A DNA stretch of 64,000 bases. It comes from Gemmatimonadota bacterium (GTDB taxonomy: Bacteria; Gemmatimonadota; Gemmatimonadetes; Gemmatimonadales; Gemmatimonadaceae). The stretch spans positions 96,001-160,000 of the forward strand of contig JAZJZK010000008.1 of NCBI GenBank assembly GCA_040389905.1, given 5' to 3'. Numbering within the stretch: position 1 is the first letter of the stretch; each line of letters opens with the position of its first letter. Below are positions 19,663-29,009 of the stretch, one piece after another. Position numbers and translations under genes: made by a program. The notes beneath the pieces are model-generated. The model did no database searches, had not been told where the DNA came from, and saw only the letters and a list, made by a program, of their open reading frames with translations.

Positions 19663-20411
19663 GCCTCGGCTCCCTCGAGCAACCAGTCGTAGCCCTTGGC
19701 CTCGAGCTCGAGCGCGAGCTCCTTGCCACCCGAGCGCACGATACGGCCGCCCGCGAGCACGTGCACGTAGTCAGGCACGATGTAATTGAGGAGACGCTGG
19801 TAGTGCGTGACGACGATCGTGGCGCTATCCGCACGCTTGAGTGTGTTCACTCCATTGGCGACGATGCGCAGGGCGTCGATGTCGAGTCCGGAGTCGGTCT
19901 CGTCGAGGATCGCGAGCGTCGGCTCGAGGACCGCCATCTGGAGAATCTCGTTGCGCTTCTTCTCGCCGCCGGAAAAGCCGGTGTTCACCGAGCGCGTGAG
20001 CATCGAATCGTCCATCTCGACGAGCTTCATCTTCTCGTCCATGATGTCCGCGAAGCTCATCGGGTCGATTTCCTCCTCGCCGCGCGCCTTGCGAATCTCG
20101 TTGTACGCCGCGCGCAGAAAGTATGCGTTGCTCACGCCGGGGATCTCGACCGGATACTGAAACGCGAGGAAGACGCCCGCCTGCGCGCGCACCTCGGGAT
20201 CCATGGCAAGCAGGTCTTCTCCCTTGTACGTCACCGTGCCACTGGTGACCTCGTACGCCGGATGCCCCGCCAGCACTTGTGCGAGGGTGCTTTTTCCCGA
20301 GCCGTTCGGGCCCATCACGGCATGCACCTCGCCCGCCAGGACAGTCAGGTCGATGCCGCGAAGAATCTCCTTATCGCCTACAGTGGCCGTGAGGCCTCTT
20401 ATTTCGAGCAT
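19659..20411 (-). CDS. sufC: Fe-S assembly ATPase SufC
   Basis: GPNGSGKST, FQYPVEIPGV, FSGGEKKRNE, LDETDSGLDID, THYQRLL. Confidence 0.98.
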   Translation of the reverse strand: MLEIRGLTATVGDKEILRGIDLTVLAGEVHAVMGPNGSGKSTLAQVLAGHPAYEVTSGTVTYKGEDLLAMDPEVRAQAGVFLAFQYPVEIPGVSNAYFLRAAYNEIRKARGEEEIDPMSFADIMDEKMKLVEMDDSMLTRSVNTGFSGGEKKRNEILQMAVLEPTLAILDETDSGLDIDALRIVANGVNTLKRADSATIVVTHYQRLLNYIVPDYVHVLAGGRIVRSGGKELALELEAKGYDWLLEGAEA

Positions 20412-20433
20412 TGTCTCTTGATGAACAGGTTAC

Positions 20434-20524
20434 AAGGGGACAGGTGACAGGAGTCAGGAGACAGGAACTGCACGGTCACACGAATCACGTGGTTCCTGTC
20501 CCCTGTCCCCTGTCTCCTGTCCCC
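20434..20524. repeat. inverted heptamer arrays (GGGGACA-type / CCTGTCC-type)
   Basis: GGGGACAGGTGACAGGAGTCAGGAGACAGGAAC followed by GTTCCTGTCCCCTGTCCCCTGTCTCCTGTCCCC, inside the sufB-sufC spacer. Confidence 0.85.
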
Positions 20525-21960
20525 TATCCAACAGAGCCTTCCAATGTGATGCCCAACAACTGCTGCGCCTCGAGCGCGAATTCCATGGGAAGCTCCTTGA
20601 ACACTTCCTTGCAGAACCCGCTTACGATCATGCTCACCGCCTGCTCGGCGCTCAACCCACGCTGCTTGAGGTAGAAGATCTGGTCCTCGCCGATCTTGCT
20701 CGTCGAGGCCTCGTGCTCCACCTGCGCGCTGTTGTTGCCGACCTCGATGTACGGGAACGTGTGCGCACCGCACTGGTTGCCCACGAGCATCGAATCGCAC
20801 TGCGTGTAGTTGCGCGCACCCTCTGCCTTTGGCATCACCTTCACCTGGCCGCGATAGCTGTTCTGCCCATGGCCGGCGCTGATGCCCTTGCTGACGATAT
20901 TCGACTTCGTGTTGCGGCCAATGTGGATCATCTTCGTGCCGGTGTCTGCCTGCTGCCGGTTATTCACCACGGCCACCGAGTAGAACTCGCCAGTCGAGTT
21001 GTCGCCCTGGAGAATCACGCTCGGATACTTCCACGTGATGGCCGACCCGGTTTCCACCTGCGTCCACGAGATCTTCGAGCCGGATCCCGCACACTTGCCG
21101 CGCTTCGTCACGAAGTTGTAGATGCCGCCCTTTCCTTCCTTGTCGCCGGCGTACCAGTTCTGCACCGTCGAATACTTGATCGTCGCATCCTTGAGCGCGA
21201 TCAGCTCGACCACTGCGGCATGGAGCTGCGACGTCGAGCGCTTCGGTGCTGTGCACCCCTCGAGATAGCTGACGTACGATCCTTCGTCCGCGATGATCAG
21301 CGTCCGCTCGAACTGGCCAGTGCCTTCCGCGTTGATGCGGAAGTACGTGGACAGCTCCATCGGACAGCGAACGCCCTTCGGCACGTAGACGAACGACCCT
21401 TCGGAAAACACCGCCGAATTGAGTGCGGCGAAGAAGTTGTCCGAGTAGGGCACCACGGAGCCGAGGTACTTCTCGACGAGTTCCGGATGTTCGCGCACGG
21501 CTTCGCCGAGCGAGCAGAACACGATGCCGAGCTCACCGAGCTCCTTCTTCATCGTCGTACCGACGCTCACCGAATCGAAAATCGCGTCGACCGCGACGCC
21601 GGACAGAAACTTCTGCTCGTTGAGCGGAATGCCGAGCTTCTCGTAGGTGCGGAGCAGTTCCGGATCGACCTCATCCAGCGATTGCAGCGGCGTGACCGAC
21701 TTGGGCGCCGAGTAGTACGACTGGTCCTGATAGTCGATGGGCGGATAGGTGACGTTCGGCCAATGCGGCTCGGACATCGTCAGCCAGCGCTTGTACGCCT
21801 TGAGCCGCCACGAGAGGAGCCATGCAGGCTCGTCTTTCTTTGACGAGATCAGCCGGATGACCTCTTCGCTCAATCCCGGCGCGATCGTATCGGCTTCGAC
21901 ATCCGTCACGAAGCCGTACTGATATTCGCGGTTGACCAGCGAATCGATGGACGAACTCAT
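20524..21960 (-). CDS. sufB: Fe-S assembly protein SufB
   Basis: [68 protein letters not shown]-terminus. Confidence 0.98.
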   Translation of the reverse strand: MSSSIDSLVNREYQYGFVTDVEADTIAPGLSEEVIRLISSKKDEPAWLLSWRLKAYKRWLTMSEPHWPNVTYPPIDYQDQSYYSAPKSVTPLQSLDEVDPELLRTYEKLGIPLNEQKFLSGVAVDAIFDSVSVGTTMKKELGELGIVFCSLGEAVREHPELVEKYLGSVVPYSDNFFAALNSAVFSEGSFVYVPKGVRCPMELSTYFRINAEGTGQFERTLIIADEGSYVSYLEGCTAPKRSTSQLHAAVVELIALKDATIKYSTVQNWYAGDKEGKGGIYNFVTKRGKCAGSGSKISWTQVETGSAITWKYPSVILQGDNSTGEFYSVAVVNNRQQADTGTKMIHIGRNTKSNIVSKGISAGHGQNSYRGQVKVMPKAEGARNYTQCDSMLVGNQCGAHTFPYIEVGNNSAQVEHEASTSKIGEDQIFYLKQRGLSAEQAVSMIVSGFCKEVFKELPMEFALEAQQLLGITLEGSVG

Positions 21961-22062
21961 GTCAACAAATCTCCCGACCGTATGGGGCGCTCATCGCGAC
22001 CAGGACATCGTGTGACCACGGGGCCGCGTAACGACAGCGACTCACCAGCACGAGCGAGAGCG

Positions 22063-22087
22063 ATACTAGACTAAAGTAGTCGGTTAT
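22063..22087 (-). promoter_or_regulatory. IscR/Rrf2-type operator upstream of sufB
   Basis: Minus strand ATAACCGACTACTTTAGTCTAGTAT matches 22 of 25 positions of the IscR type-1 consensus ATASYYGACTRWWWYAGTCRRSTAT. Confidence 0.75.
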
Positions 22088-22101
22088 CCATTTCGCGTCA
22101 A
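22073..22101 (-). promoter_or_regulatory. sigma70-type promoter of the suf operon
   Basis: Minus strand TTGACG (22101-22096), 17-nt spacer, TACTTT (22078-22073). Confidence 0.7.
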
Positions 22102-22244
22102 CTTGGGCGCGATGTAGTTAACTCCAATGTTGACAATGTGTTGCGGGCGATTTCACCCATTCTGGCCGGCCGGCAAAACTCGGTCTGGACCCCTCGCGGC
22201 AAGGGGTCCATCTTGGGGCCACACTTTATTCGCGAGCCTGACCG

Positions 22245-22646
22245 ATGATTCCTATGCCAATTTCGACCGACACGGCCGACCACTACTCCTGGGGCGGGAC
22301 GTGCGAAGGATGGCATCTCGTCAAGGCCGCCGGGCTCAGCGTCATCGAAGAACGAATGCCCCCAGGCACGTGCGAAGTTCCCCACTGGCACGCGCGGGCG
22401 CGCCAATTCTTCTACGTGCTGAGTGGGACGATGGTCATCGAGGTGGAAGGCACGCGCCACGAAATCTCGGCAGGCCAGGGGATCGAGCTGGCGCAGGGCA
22501 CCGCACATCAGGCCCGCAATGATGGGACCGAAGACATTCGCTTTCTCGTCATTTCCTCACCGCCCCATCGAGGTGATCGCCGCGAGACGACGACCACAAG
22601 GGACACCGAGCTTCAGCGGCACGCCGAAGCGCAACACGGCAAATAG
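22245..22646 (+). CDS. cupin domain protein
   Basis: EERMPPGTCEVPHWH..ARQFFYVLSG and AHQARN cupin motifs; start 22245 or 22254. Confidence 0.88.
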   Translation: MIPMPISTDTADHYSWGGTCEGWHLVKAAGLSVIEERMPPGTCEVPHWHARARQFFYVLSGTMVIEVEGTRHEISAGQGIELAQGTAHQARNDGTEDIRFLVISSPPHRGDRRETTTTRDTELQRHAEAQHGK

Positions 22647-23485
22647 TGCCCGTGATCCACCGCCACGCTGCTGGCCGCTACGTTCATCCGCTTCGCGAGG
22701 GTGGCTCACTGCCCGCCGTGGTGGAGACGGAAAGCGGCGAGATGTACGTCGTGAAGTTTCGCGGCGCCGGTCAGGGCGCAAAGGTCCTGGTGTCGGAGCT
22801 GATCGTGGGCGGGCTGGCGCTTCACCTTGGACTCCCAACCCCCGAGCTCGCCGTCATCGACGTCTCGGACCGCTTTGGCCGGAGCGAGCCCGACCCGGAG
22901 ATCCAGGATCTGCTTCGGCGCAGCCACGGTACGAACGTGGGTATGCGGTACCTCGAAGGTGCGTTCAACTTCGACCCGCGCGCCGCGGGCGATCTCGTGA
23001 CGCCGGAGTTGGCGGCACGAACGGTCTGGCTCGATGCCTTCACGACGAACCCCGATCGCACGCCGCGCAATCCGAATCTCATGATCTGGCAGCGCCAGCC
23101 GTGGCTCATCGATCACGGCGCTGCGCTGTACGCGCATCACGACTGGGGGTCGGTGGACGGGGCGCGCACGCGAACGCCCTTTCAGCTGATCCGGTCGCAC
23201 GTGCTCCTTCCGATGGCGGGCGACCTCGCGGCCGCCGATGCCGAAAGTGCCGCGCGACTCGCGGACGGTGTCATCGAGGAGATCGTCGCCACCGTGCCGG
23301 ATGACCTGCTCATGGACCCCGTGACCGGCGGCGGTGATTTCCCGACCGCCGGCGAGGCGCGGGACCGCTACGCTCGCTACCTGCGAGAACGTCTCGCGGC
23401 GCGGAGCATCTGGTTGGGTGAGGCGATCGCGGCGCAGGAGCAGCTCAGGCTCGAGCCGCCGCTCCACCTCAAGGCTCGGCGATGA
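22646..23485 (+). CDS. HipA-like (HipA_2-type) kinase
   Basis: LREGGSLP, VVKFRGAGQG, helix-C SEL, catalytic NPDRTPRNPNL, IDHG; GTG start overlaps the cupin TAG. Confidence 0.88.
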   Translation: MPVIHRHAAGRYVHPLREGGSLPAVVETESGEMYVVKFRGAGQGAKVLVSELIVGGLALHLGLPTPELAVIDVSDRFGRSEPDPEIQDLLRRSHGTNVGMRYLEGAFNFDPRAAGDLVTPELAARTVWLDAFTTNPDRTPRNPNLMIWQRQPWLIDHGAALYAHHDWGSVDGARTRTPFQLIRSHVLLPMAGDLAAADAESAARLADGVIEEIVATVPDDLLMDPVTGGGDFPTAGEARDRYARYLRERLAARSIWLGEAIAAQEQLRLEPPLHLKARR

Positions 23486-23874
23486 CGAGCACGACGCGAA
23501 TCGACTACGACTTCGCCGTCCTTCGCGTTGTTCCGCGCGTTCATCTCGGCGCCTACGCCAACGTGGGCGTGGTGCTTCACGCGCGCACGCACGAGTTTCT
23601 CGGGTTGCGTACGCTTGCTGAGGTCAGTCGGCTGGCGACGCTCGCGCCCGGCGTCGATCCGGCGCTCCTCGCGCGATATCTCCAGTCGTGTGAGTTGATC
23701 TGCTCCGGCGACGAAAGCGCGGGCCCCGTCGCTCTCGCGCCGCCCTCCGAGCGATTCCATTGGCTGACGGCGCCGAGATCCGACGTTCTCCAATGCTCAC
23801 CGGTACACGAGGGGCTGTGTTCGGACCTGAACGCGGAACTGGCGAGATTGTTCGGCCTTTACGTCGCGCAGTGA
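23482..23874 (+). CDS. DUF3037 domain protein
   Basis: YDFAVLRVVPRV...NVGVVL...ERFHWLTAPRS.VLQCSPVHEGLC; ATGA overlap with the kinase. Confidence 0.9.
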   Translation: MTSTTRIDYDFAVLRVVPRVHLGAYANVGVVLHARTHEFLGLRTLAEVSRLATLAPGVDPALLARYLQSCELICSGDESAGPVALAPPSERFHWLTAPRSDVLQCSPVHEGLCSDLNAELARLFGLYVAQ

Positions 23875-23883
23875 GGAAGCTGT

Positions 23884-23973
23884 TGTCACCCCGAGCGAGC
23901 AAAGCGAGTCGAGGGGTCTGCACCTCAACCCCAGGCTGCACGTGCCGATCCCTCGACTTCGGTCGGGATGACA
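23884..23973. repeat. REP-like doublet (TGTCAYCCCGAGCG...GTCGAGGG.TCTGCAC family)
   Basis: 23884-23923 forward, 23942-23973 inverted; same family at 36473-36504, 44689-44728 and 44750-44781. Confidence 0.85.
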
Positions 23974-24044
23974 TCCATGCGCACGATGGCCGGATTCTCA
24001 AACCTCATTAGCTTCCAACCATTCCCGATCCCGGAGCCACGCCC

Positions 24045-24233
24045 GTGAACGAAGCTCAGCTGAAAGCATTGTTGAGAAAGACCCAAGCCGCTGCCGCTGC
24101 GGCGAAGCCCAAGAAGAATCGGAACTACGACGCCACCCTCGACGCCACGCGCCCGCCGCAGACCGAAGCCGAGGAGGCCGCGAGCTCCGATGCGAAGGAC
24201 CTCTTCCAGCAGATGAAGAAGCGCGAGTTCTAG
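24045..24233 (+). CDS. small hypothetical protein (62 aa)
   Basis: GGAG upstream of GTG; GC3-rich codon usage; fills the gap before the mutarotase. Confidence 0.7.
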   Translation: MNEAQLKALLRKTQAAAAAAKPKKNRNYDATLDATRPPQTEAEEAASSDAKDLFQQMKKREF

Positions 24234-24249
24234 CGTTGCATCATTCAGG

Positions 24250-25071
24250 GTGAGTCTCGAGAAGATCGACCTGCGCGCTGCAGACGGAGCGTCCTCCGAG
24301 GTGTATCTCCACGGCGCGCACGTCACGTCATGGAGACCGGCGCCAAGTTACGACGAGCAGCTTTTCCTCAGCGCCGCGACCGAACTGCGCGACGGCGTCG
24401 CCATCCGTGGCGGCATTCCCGTCATCTTCCCGCAGTTTGCTGCAGAGGGTCCGCTCCCCCGCCATGGTTTCGCGCGGACGAGCATTTGGACAGACGCAGG
24501 TATTGCGCACGACCCGGATGGCGACGCGATCGCCACCTTCACATTCAGCGATTCTCCAGCAACGCGCGCGATTTGGCCCGTGGCGTTTGCCGCGACGCTC
24601 GCTGTGCGTGTCGGCGGGCGCCAACTGACCGTCTCGCTCACCGTCGAGAATACCGGCACCGAAGCGTTCTCCTTTACCGCCGCACTACACACGTATCTTC
24701 GCGTGCGAGATGTCGCGTTGGCCGAAGTGATAGGGCTGCACGGTTGCCGTTACCGTGAGTCGGTTGCGCCAGGCGTCCTTCGCTTCGATGGCGAGGAAAG
24801 CCTTCACCTCCATGGCGAAATCGACCGCGTGTACGTTGGGGCACCGGCGAGGCTCACCCTGCGCGAGCCCGGCCGTGCGTTGGCTATTCAATCGTCGGAA
24901 TTCGAAGACGCCGTGCTGTGGAATCCCGGGGCGATGGCTGCCGGCCTCAAGGACATGGAGCCCGGTGGCGAGAAGCACATGCTCTGCATCGAGGCGGCGA
25001 CAGTGCAGTTGCCGATTGTGCTCGACGAAGGTCGGCGGTGGTCCGGCGCCCAGACGCTGACCGTGCTGTAA
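24250..25071 (+). CDS. D-hexose-6-phosphate mutarotase (aldose 1-epimerase family, YeaD-like)
   Basis: GAHVTSW, AIRGGIPVIFPQF, HGFAR, ALHTYL, DRVY, VLWNPG, MLCIE. Confidence 0.93.
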   Translation: MSLEKIDLRAADGASSEVYLHGAHVTSWRPAPSYDEQLFLSAATELRDGVAIRGGIPVIFPQFAAEGPLPRHGFARTSIWTDAGIAHDPDGDAIATFTFSDSPATRAIWPVAFAATLAVRVGGRQLTVSLTVENTGTEAFSFTAALHTYLRVRDVALAEVIGLHGCRYRESVAPGVLRFDGEESLHLHGEIDRVYVGAPARLTLREPGRALAIQSSEFEDAVLWNPGAMAAGLKDMEPGGEKHMLCIEAATVQLPIVLDEGRRWSGAQTLTVL

Positions 25072-25099
25072 GCTGATTCCACCTACATCTACAGGCGTC

Positions 25100-25327
25100 A
25101 TGAGTGAAGAAACGTTGGGCCAGAGCGCGGAGTCGCCGCGAGAGGGATTGGCCACGCAGTTGAAACAGCTCGAAGCGTTCGTTGCGCGCACGGAGCAGTC
25201 TGGCGAAGAGCTGCCGCCTGAAGCGCTGGAAATGATCTCGCGCCTTCGCGAGATCGTGACTGCGCTCGACGGCCTCGCGGCGACCTTGGGCCACCCCGAC
25301 GCTACGCCACCGGGAGAACCTTCGTGA
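25100..25327 (+). CDS. small hypothetical helical protein
   Basis: Operon position, GTGA overlap with the next gene, amphipathic helices. Confidence 0.6.
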   Translation: MSEETLGQSAESPREGLATQLKQLEAFVARTEQSGEELPPEALEMISRLREIVTALDGLAATLGHPDATPPGEPS

Positions 25328-25707
25328 ACTCCCTCCCACGCCCTTCGGTATCGCTGCTGTTGATGGGCGCATTCTTCGTGTTCGCCGGCGTCATGCATTT
25401 CGTCAAGCCAGGTGCGTACGTTCGCATCATGCCGCCGTGGATGCCGGCACCCTTGGCGCTCGTCCTCATCAGCGGCGTCTTCGAAATCCTCGGTGGAGCA
25501 GGCGTCCTGTTGCCCGCCACGCGGTTGGCGGCTGGCTGGGGACTGATCGCGCTCCTCGTCGCCGTGTATCCCGCGAATGCGCAGATGTTGATGAACGCGT
25601 ACGCTGAGCATTGGTCGGCGTGGTGGAAGCTCGGCCTCTGGGCGCGCATGCCGCTCCAGCCGCTGATGATTTTCTGGGTCTACCGTTCGGCGGTGCGCGC
25701 CGGCTGA
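25324..25707 (+). CDS. DoxX-like membrane protein
   Basis: AGVMHF..P..Y..IMPPW.P, SGVFEILGG, AVYPAN, RMPLQP; 4 TM helices. Confidence 0.88.
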   Translation: MNSLPRPSVSLLLMGAFFVFAGVMHFVKPGAYVRIMPPWMPAPLALVLISGVFEILGGAGVLLPATRLAAGWGLIALLVAVYPANAQMLMNAYAEHWSAWWKLGLWARMPLQPLMIFWVYRSAVRAG

Positions 25708-25788
25708 GGGCCCGCACCTGCCGTTGCGCCGGAAGCGTGCTCACGCATTAGTATTGTCGCGAACCACCTGCCTCGACCCCTCCAAAAC

Positions 25789-26628
25789 ATGCGCCGACTC
25801 CTACTCCAGTTCACCGCCATCGCCACGCTTGCGTCCGCGGTGGGCGCCCAGCAGGCGAAGCCCGACACCGCAAAAAAGGCGGCGCCGCCCATCGCCGACA
25901 ACAGTTTCCTGATGGAGGAGGCGTACAACCAGGAATTCGGCGTCGTGCAGCACATCAGCGTGTTCCAGCGGACGAAAGAAGGAAGCTGGGCCTACGCCTT
26001 CACGCAGGAATGGCCATCGCCCTCGCAGAAGCACCAGATCAGCTACACCATTCCGATCCTGCGCCCCGACGGCGGAAGCGCCGGCGTCGGCGACGTGGCA
26101 TTGAACTATCGCTATCAGTTGTTGGGGGCTGAGGAAGAACCGTTGTGGTTCTCTCCGCGCGTCAGCCTGTACGCCCCCACGGGCGACGTCAAGCAGGGAC
26201 GTGGGGCAGGCGGGCCGGCCATCGAGTTGGCGTTTCCCGTCAGCTATGCGTTGAGCGATGCCTTCGTCACGCACTGGAATGCGGGCGGCAGCCTCACGCG
26301 GGCCGACAATGGTTTTGGAAAGACGGCAACCACACGTTCGATCAAAGGGGGAGTGAGCGGGATCTGGCTCCTCGCACCGACGTTCAACGTCATGGTGGAA
26401 GCCGTGGCCTCGCGCTTTCAGTTCCTCACGCCGACGGGCGCCCGCGCGGAGGGCACGAGCTACGTCATCTCACCCGGCGTGCGCGGCGCGATCAACTTTG
26501 CCTCGGGCCTTCAGGTTGTGCCGGGCATCGCGTTTCCGATCGGTGTCGGCAAGAGCAGTGGGCAGCGCGATCTCCTGCTCTATCTCAGCTTCGAGCATCC
26601 CTTCCGAACGGATCCCTCAGCGCATTAG
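25789..26628 (+). CDS. outer-membrane beta-barrel transporter (MetA-pathway/phenol degradation-like)
   Basis: Signal peptide, IADNSFLMEEAYNQE, GVGDVALNYRY, PTG, alternating beta strands, terminal SFEHPF. Confidence 0.75.
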   Translation: MRRLLLQFTAIATLASAVGAQQAKPDTAKKAAPPIADNSFLMEEAYNQEFGVVQHISVFQRTKEGSWAYAFTQEWPSPSQKHQISYTIPILRPDGGSAGVGDVALNYRYQLLGAEEEPLWFSPRVSLYAPTGDVKQGRGAGGPAIELAFPVSYALSDAFVTHWNAGGSLTRADNGFGKTATTRSIKGGVSGIWLLAPTFNVMVEAVASRFQFLTPTGARAEGTSYVISPGVRGAINFASGLQVVPGIAFPIGVGKSSGQRDLLLYLSFEHPFRTDPSAH

Positions 26629-26666
26629 CTGGTCGGTCCTGAAAACGGGCAGCTCTGGCGCGGACA

Positions 26667-26885
26667 CTAACTGACTCTGCGTCGCTCGCCCGTCGCTCTC
26701 GCGCGATGCACGTCGTTGGCCTGTGCCTCGCCCGACACGCTTGGCCGGATAGCGCGGCGGAGATCTTCGAGCAGCGCGTCTGACTCCGCCGCGTAGGAAA
26801 CAGTGCCGAATGCGCGGCCTCTCCATGTATCCCGCCGCGATTCCTGCGGCTCCGCTGTCGCCTGTGTTTTCCCTGTGTCCGTCAT
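26667..26885 (-). CDS. small hypothetical protein (72 aa)
   Basis: Strong AAGGAG RBS 6 nt before ATG 26885. Confidence 0.55.
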   Translation of the reverse strand: MTDTGKTQATAEPQESRRDTWRGRAFGTVSYAAESDALLEDLRRAIRPSVSGEAQANDVHRARATGERRRVS

Positions 26886-26963
26886 CGCCAACTCCTTGGA
26901 GAGGTCGTGCCTATTCTCTCAGGCAACGGACGTACCAAATGGGCGTTTTCGATGTGATCCACG

Positions 26964-27929
26964 TCACGCCGATGACAAATCTCGAATAGCGTTACGTAAC
27001 AATGAGGCCGCCAGGTCGAGTTTGTACGCGTTCTTCGACAGCGGCTCAGCGTCCAGCAGAGCGCGCTCGGCGAGGCCGGCGATCGTCTCGTCGTCGAGTC
27101 CACCGGACATCGTTTCCTCTTCGACGGATGTGTAGACACGATACGGACGCGGCGACACGCCCCCGAGCACCAGGCGCACGTCGCCATCCACACGGCGCGC
27201 CGCAGCGAGACTCACGAGCGCAAAGTCCCACGCTTCTCGCTGCATGAGCTTGATGTATTGCTGCACACCACCGGCAGACGCCGCGGGCAATCGAATGGCG
27301 ACGATCATCTCGTCGTCGCCAAGGACGGTCTCCCGATGCAGTCGTTCGGACGGCAGCACGAAAAATTCCGCCGCAGCAACGGATCGCCGACCGGATTGGC
27401 CCGCGATCTCGATGTCGGCATCGAGCGCCACGAGTGCCACCGCAGGGTCCGAGGGATGCACGATCCAGCACGGACCCCCCTCGAGAATTGCCAGGTATTG
27501 GTTCTCCCCCTCCTTCGCCGGACAGTTCGAGCCCCCCGTCTTGTGACACGAAACGTTCTGCCGGAAGTACCAGCAGCGGGGGCGTTGCATCAGGTTTCCG
27601 GCGAGGGTCGCCATCGCCCGAATCGCCGGCGTGGCAACGGCATCGCAGGCGGACGCCAGCATGGGGAATCGTTCGCGGACCACGGCATTTTCGGCGATAG
27701 CATCGAGGCGGCAGGCGCCGCCAATCCGCACCGATCCGTCGGCCTGCGACACCACGCCCTGTGATTCGGCGAGCCAGCGGACGTCAACGACGGCGGACGG
27801 GGTGGCGAGCCCCTCGTCGATCGTGACGAGCAGGTCGGTTCCGCCGCCAAGCGCAACATGCGATGGCGCGGCGAGCAGGCGAAGCGCGTCAGGGAGGGAC
27901 TCCGGCCGCTGGTACTCGAATGTCGACAC
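26964..27929 (-). CDS. xanthine dehydrogenase family FAD-binding subunit (PaoB/YagS-like, with 4Fe-4S insert)
   Basis: LGGGTDL, IRAMATLAGNLMQRPRCWYFR, C..GG..C, CWIVHPSD, LGGVSPRP, NAYK. Confidence 0.93.
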   Translation of the reverse strand: MSTFEYQRPESLPDALRLLAAPSHVALGGGTDLLVTIDEGLATPSAVVDVRWLAESQGVVSQADGSVRIGGACRLDAIAENAVVRERFPMLASACDAVATPAIRAMATLAGNLMQRPRCWYFRQNVSCHKTGGSNCPAKEGENQYLAILEGGPCWIVHPSDPAVALVALDADIEIAGQSGRRSVAAAEFFVLPSERLHRETVLGDDEMIVAIRLPAASAGGVQQYIKLMQREAWDFALVSLAAARRVDGDVRLVLGGVSPRPYRVYTSVEEETMSGGLDDETIAGLAERALLDAEPLSKNAYKLDLAASLLRNAIRDLSSA

Positions 27930-28097
27930 AATCGCTCGGCGTGTGCGTAAGGATGATGCGAGAGCATAGTCGCGCGGCGAAGGCTCGGCCAGTTGCCGAT
28001 GGTTGCGGAAGGGCCTTCAGCCTCGTCGATTTCCGGCGACCCAGTGGCACCGGTCTCGTCTACGGGGCCATGCTGGAAACACTTACGCGAGGTTCAC

Positions 28098-28301
28098 GTG
28101 CAATTCACCGTCATCGGGCTGAATGTTCTCTATGCCGTCATTGGCGTCGTGCTCATGTTTCTCGCCTACCGAGCGATCGACCGCCTGACGCCCGAAGTGG
28201 ATTTCCCCGCGGAGCTTCAGAAGGGCAACGTCGCCGTAGCGATCTTCATCGCCGCTATCTTTCTCTCGATCGCAATGATCATCGGCAAGGCATTGGGGTG
28301 A
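28098..28301 (+). CDS. DUF350 small membrane protein
   Basis: GAGG RBS before GTG 28098; IDRLTP.VDF..EL.KGNVAVA motif; 2 TM helices. Confidence 0.85.
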   Translation: MQFTVIGLNVLYAVIGVVLMFLAYRAIDRLTPEVDFPAELQKGNVAVAIFIAAIFLSIAMIIGKALG

Positions 28302-28999
28302 ACACATTGGGATCCGCCACCGGCCATCGTCTCGCAGTGCTGCAAAACAGGTTCTCCACCGGCCGTCTTCTGCGGCTGGCACTGCTGGTGGCGCTCATCG
28401 TCACGCCGCATGCGGCTCACTCCCAGCGTGCGCGCGAGCGGATCAAGAGCGTTGGGCAGGCGATTGCCCGCGCGTCCGAGGCGCGCGAGGCGAAGCGCAC
28501 AACGGAGCGATTCGATCCCATCTTCAAGAAGTACTCGAAGCGGTATTTCGGCGTCGGGACGGATTGGCATTGGTTCAAGGCGCAGGGCATGGCGGAGAGC
28601 GATCTCACGCCCGGGGCCACGAGCCGAGTCGGCGCACGCGGGATCATGCAACTGATGCCGTCGACGTATGGCCAGATACGGACGGCGCTGCCGCACTTCG
28701 GTGCCATCGACAATCCCGAGTGGAACATCGCCGCCGGCATTCTGCACGATCGCGACCTGTGGACGCTCTGGAGCCGCGATGTGGACGAACCGGAGCGCTG
28801 GCACTTCGTCTTCGCCGGCTACAACGCCGGTGAAGGAACGATCATGCGTGCACGCCGGGCGGCCTTTGCCGCGAAGCTCGATGACAGGACGTGGCCGAAC
28901 ATCGAAAGCGTCGCGCCGAAAGTGGAACGGTGGCGTTATACCGAAACGCTCGACTACGTGCGAAAGATCAAGGCGAACCACGCTGCGCTATCACCGTGA
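28298..28999 (+). CDS. lytic transglycosylase (SLT, MltF-like catalytic domain)
   Basis: DWHWFKAQGMAES (catalytic E), GARGIMQLMP, NIAAG, AGYNAG, ETLDYV; GTGA overlap with DUF350. Confidence 0.92.
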   Translation: MNTLGSATGHRLAVLQNRFSTGRLLRLALLVALIVTPHAAHSQRARERIKSVGQAIARASEAREAKRTTERFDPIFKKYSKRYFGVGTDWHWFKAQGMAESDLTPGATSRVGARGIMQLMPSTYGQIRTALPHFGAIDNPEWNIAAGILHDRDLWTLWSRDVDEPERWHFVFAGYNAGEGTIMRARRAAFAAKLDDRTWPNIESVAPKVERWRYTETLDYVRKIKANHAALSP

Positions 29000-29009
29000 T
29001 TCTTGCGGG

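Noticed and set aside
27863..28297. Long N-terminal extensions of the SLT and DUF350 ORFs
   Set aside because: They overlap the divergent FAD-subunit gene; the RBS and GTGA coupling support the later starts.
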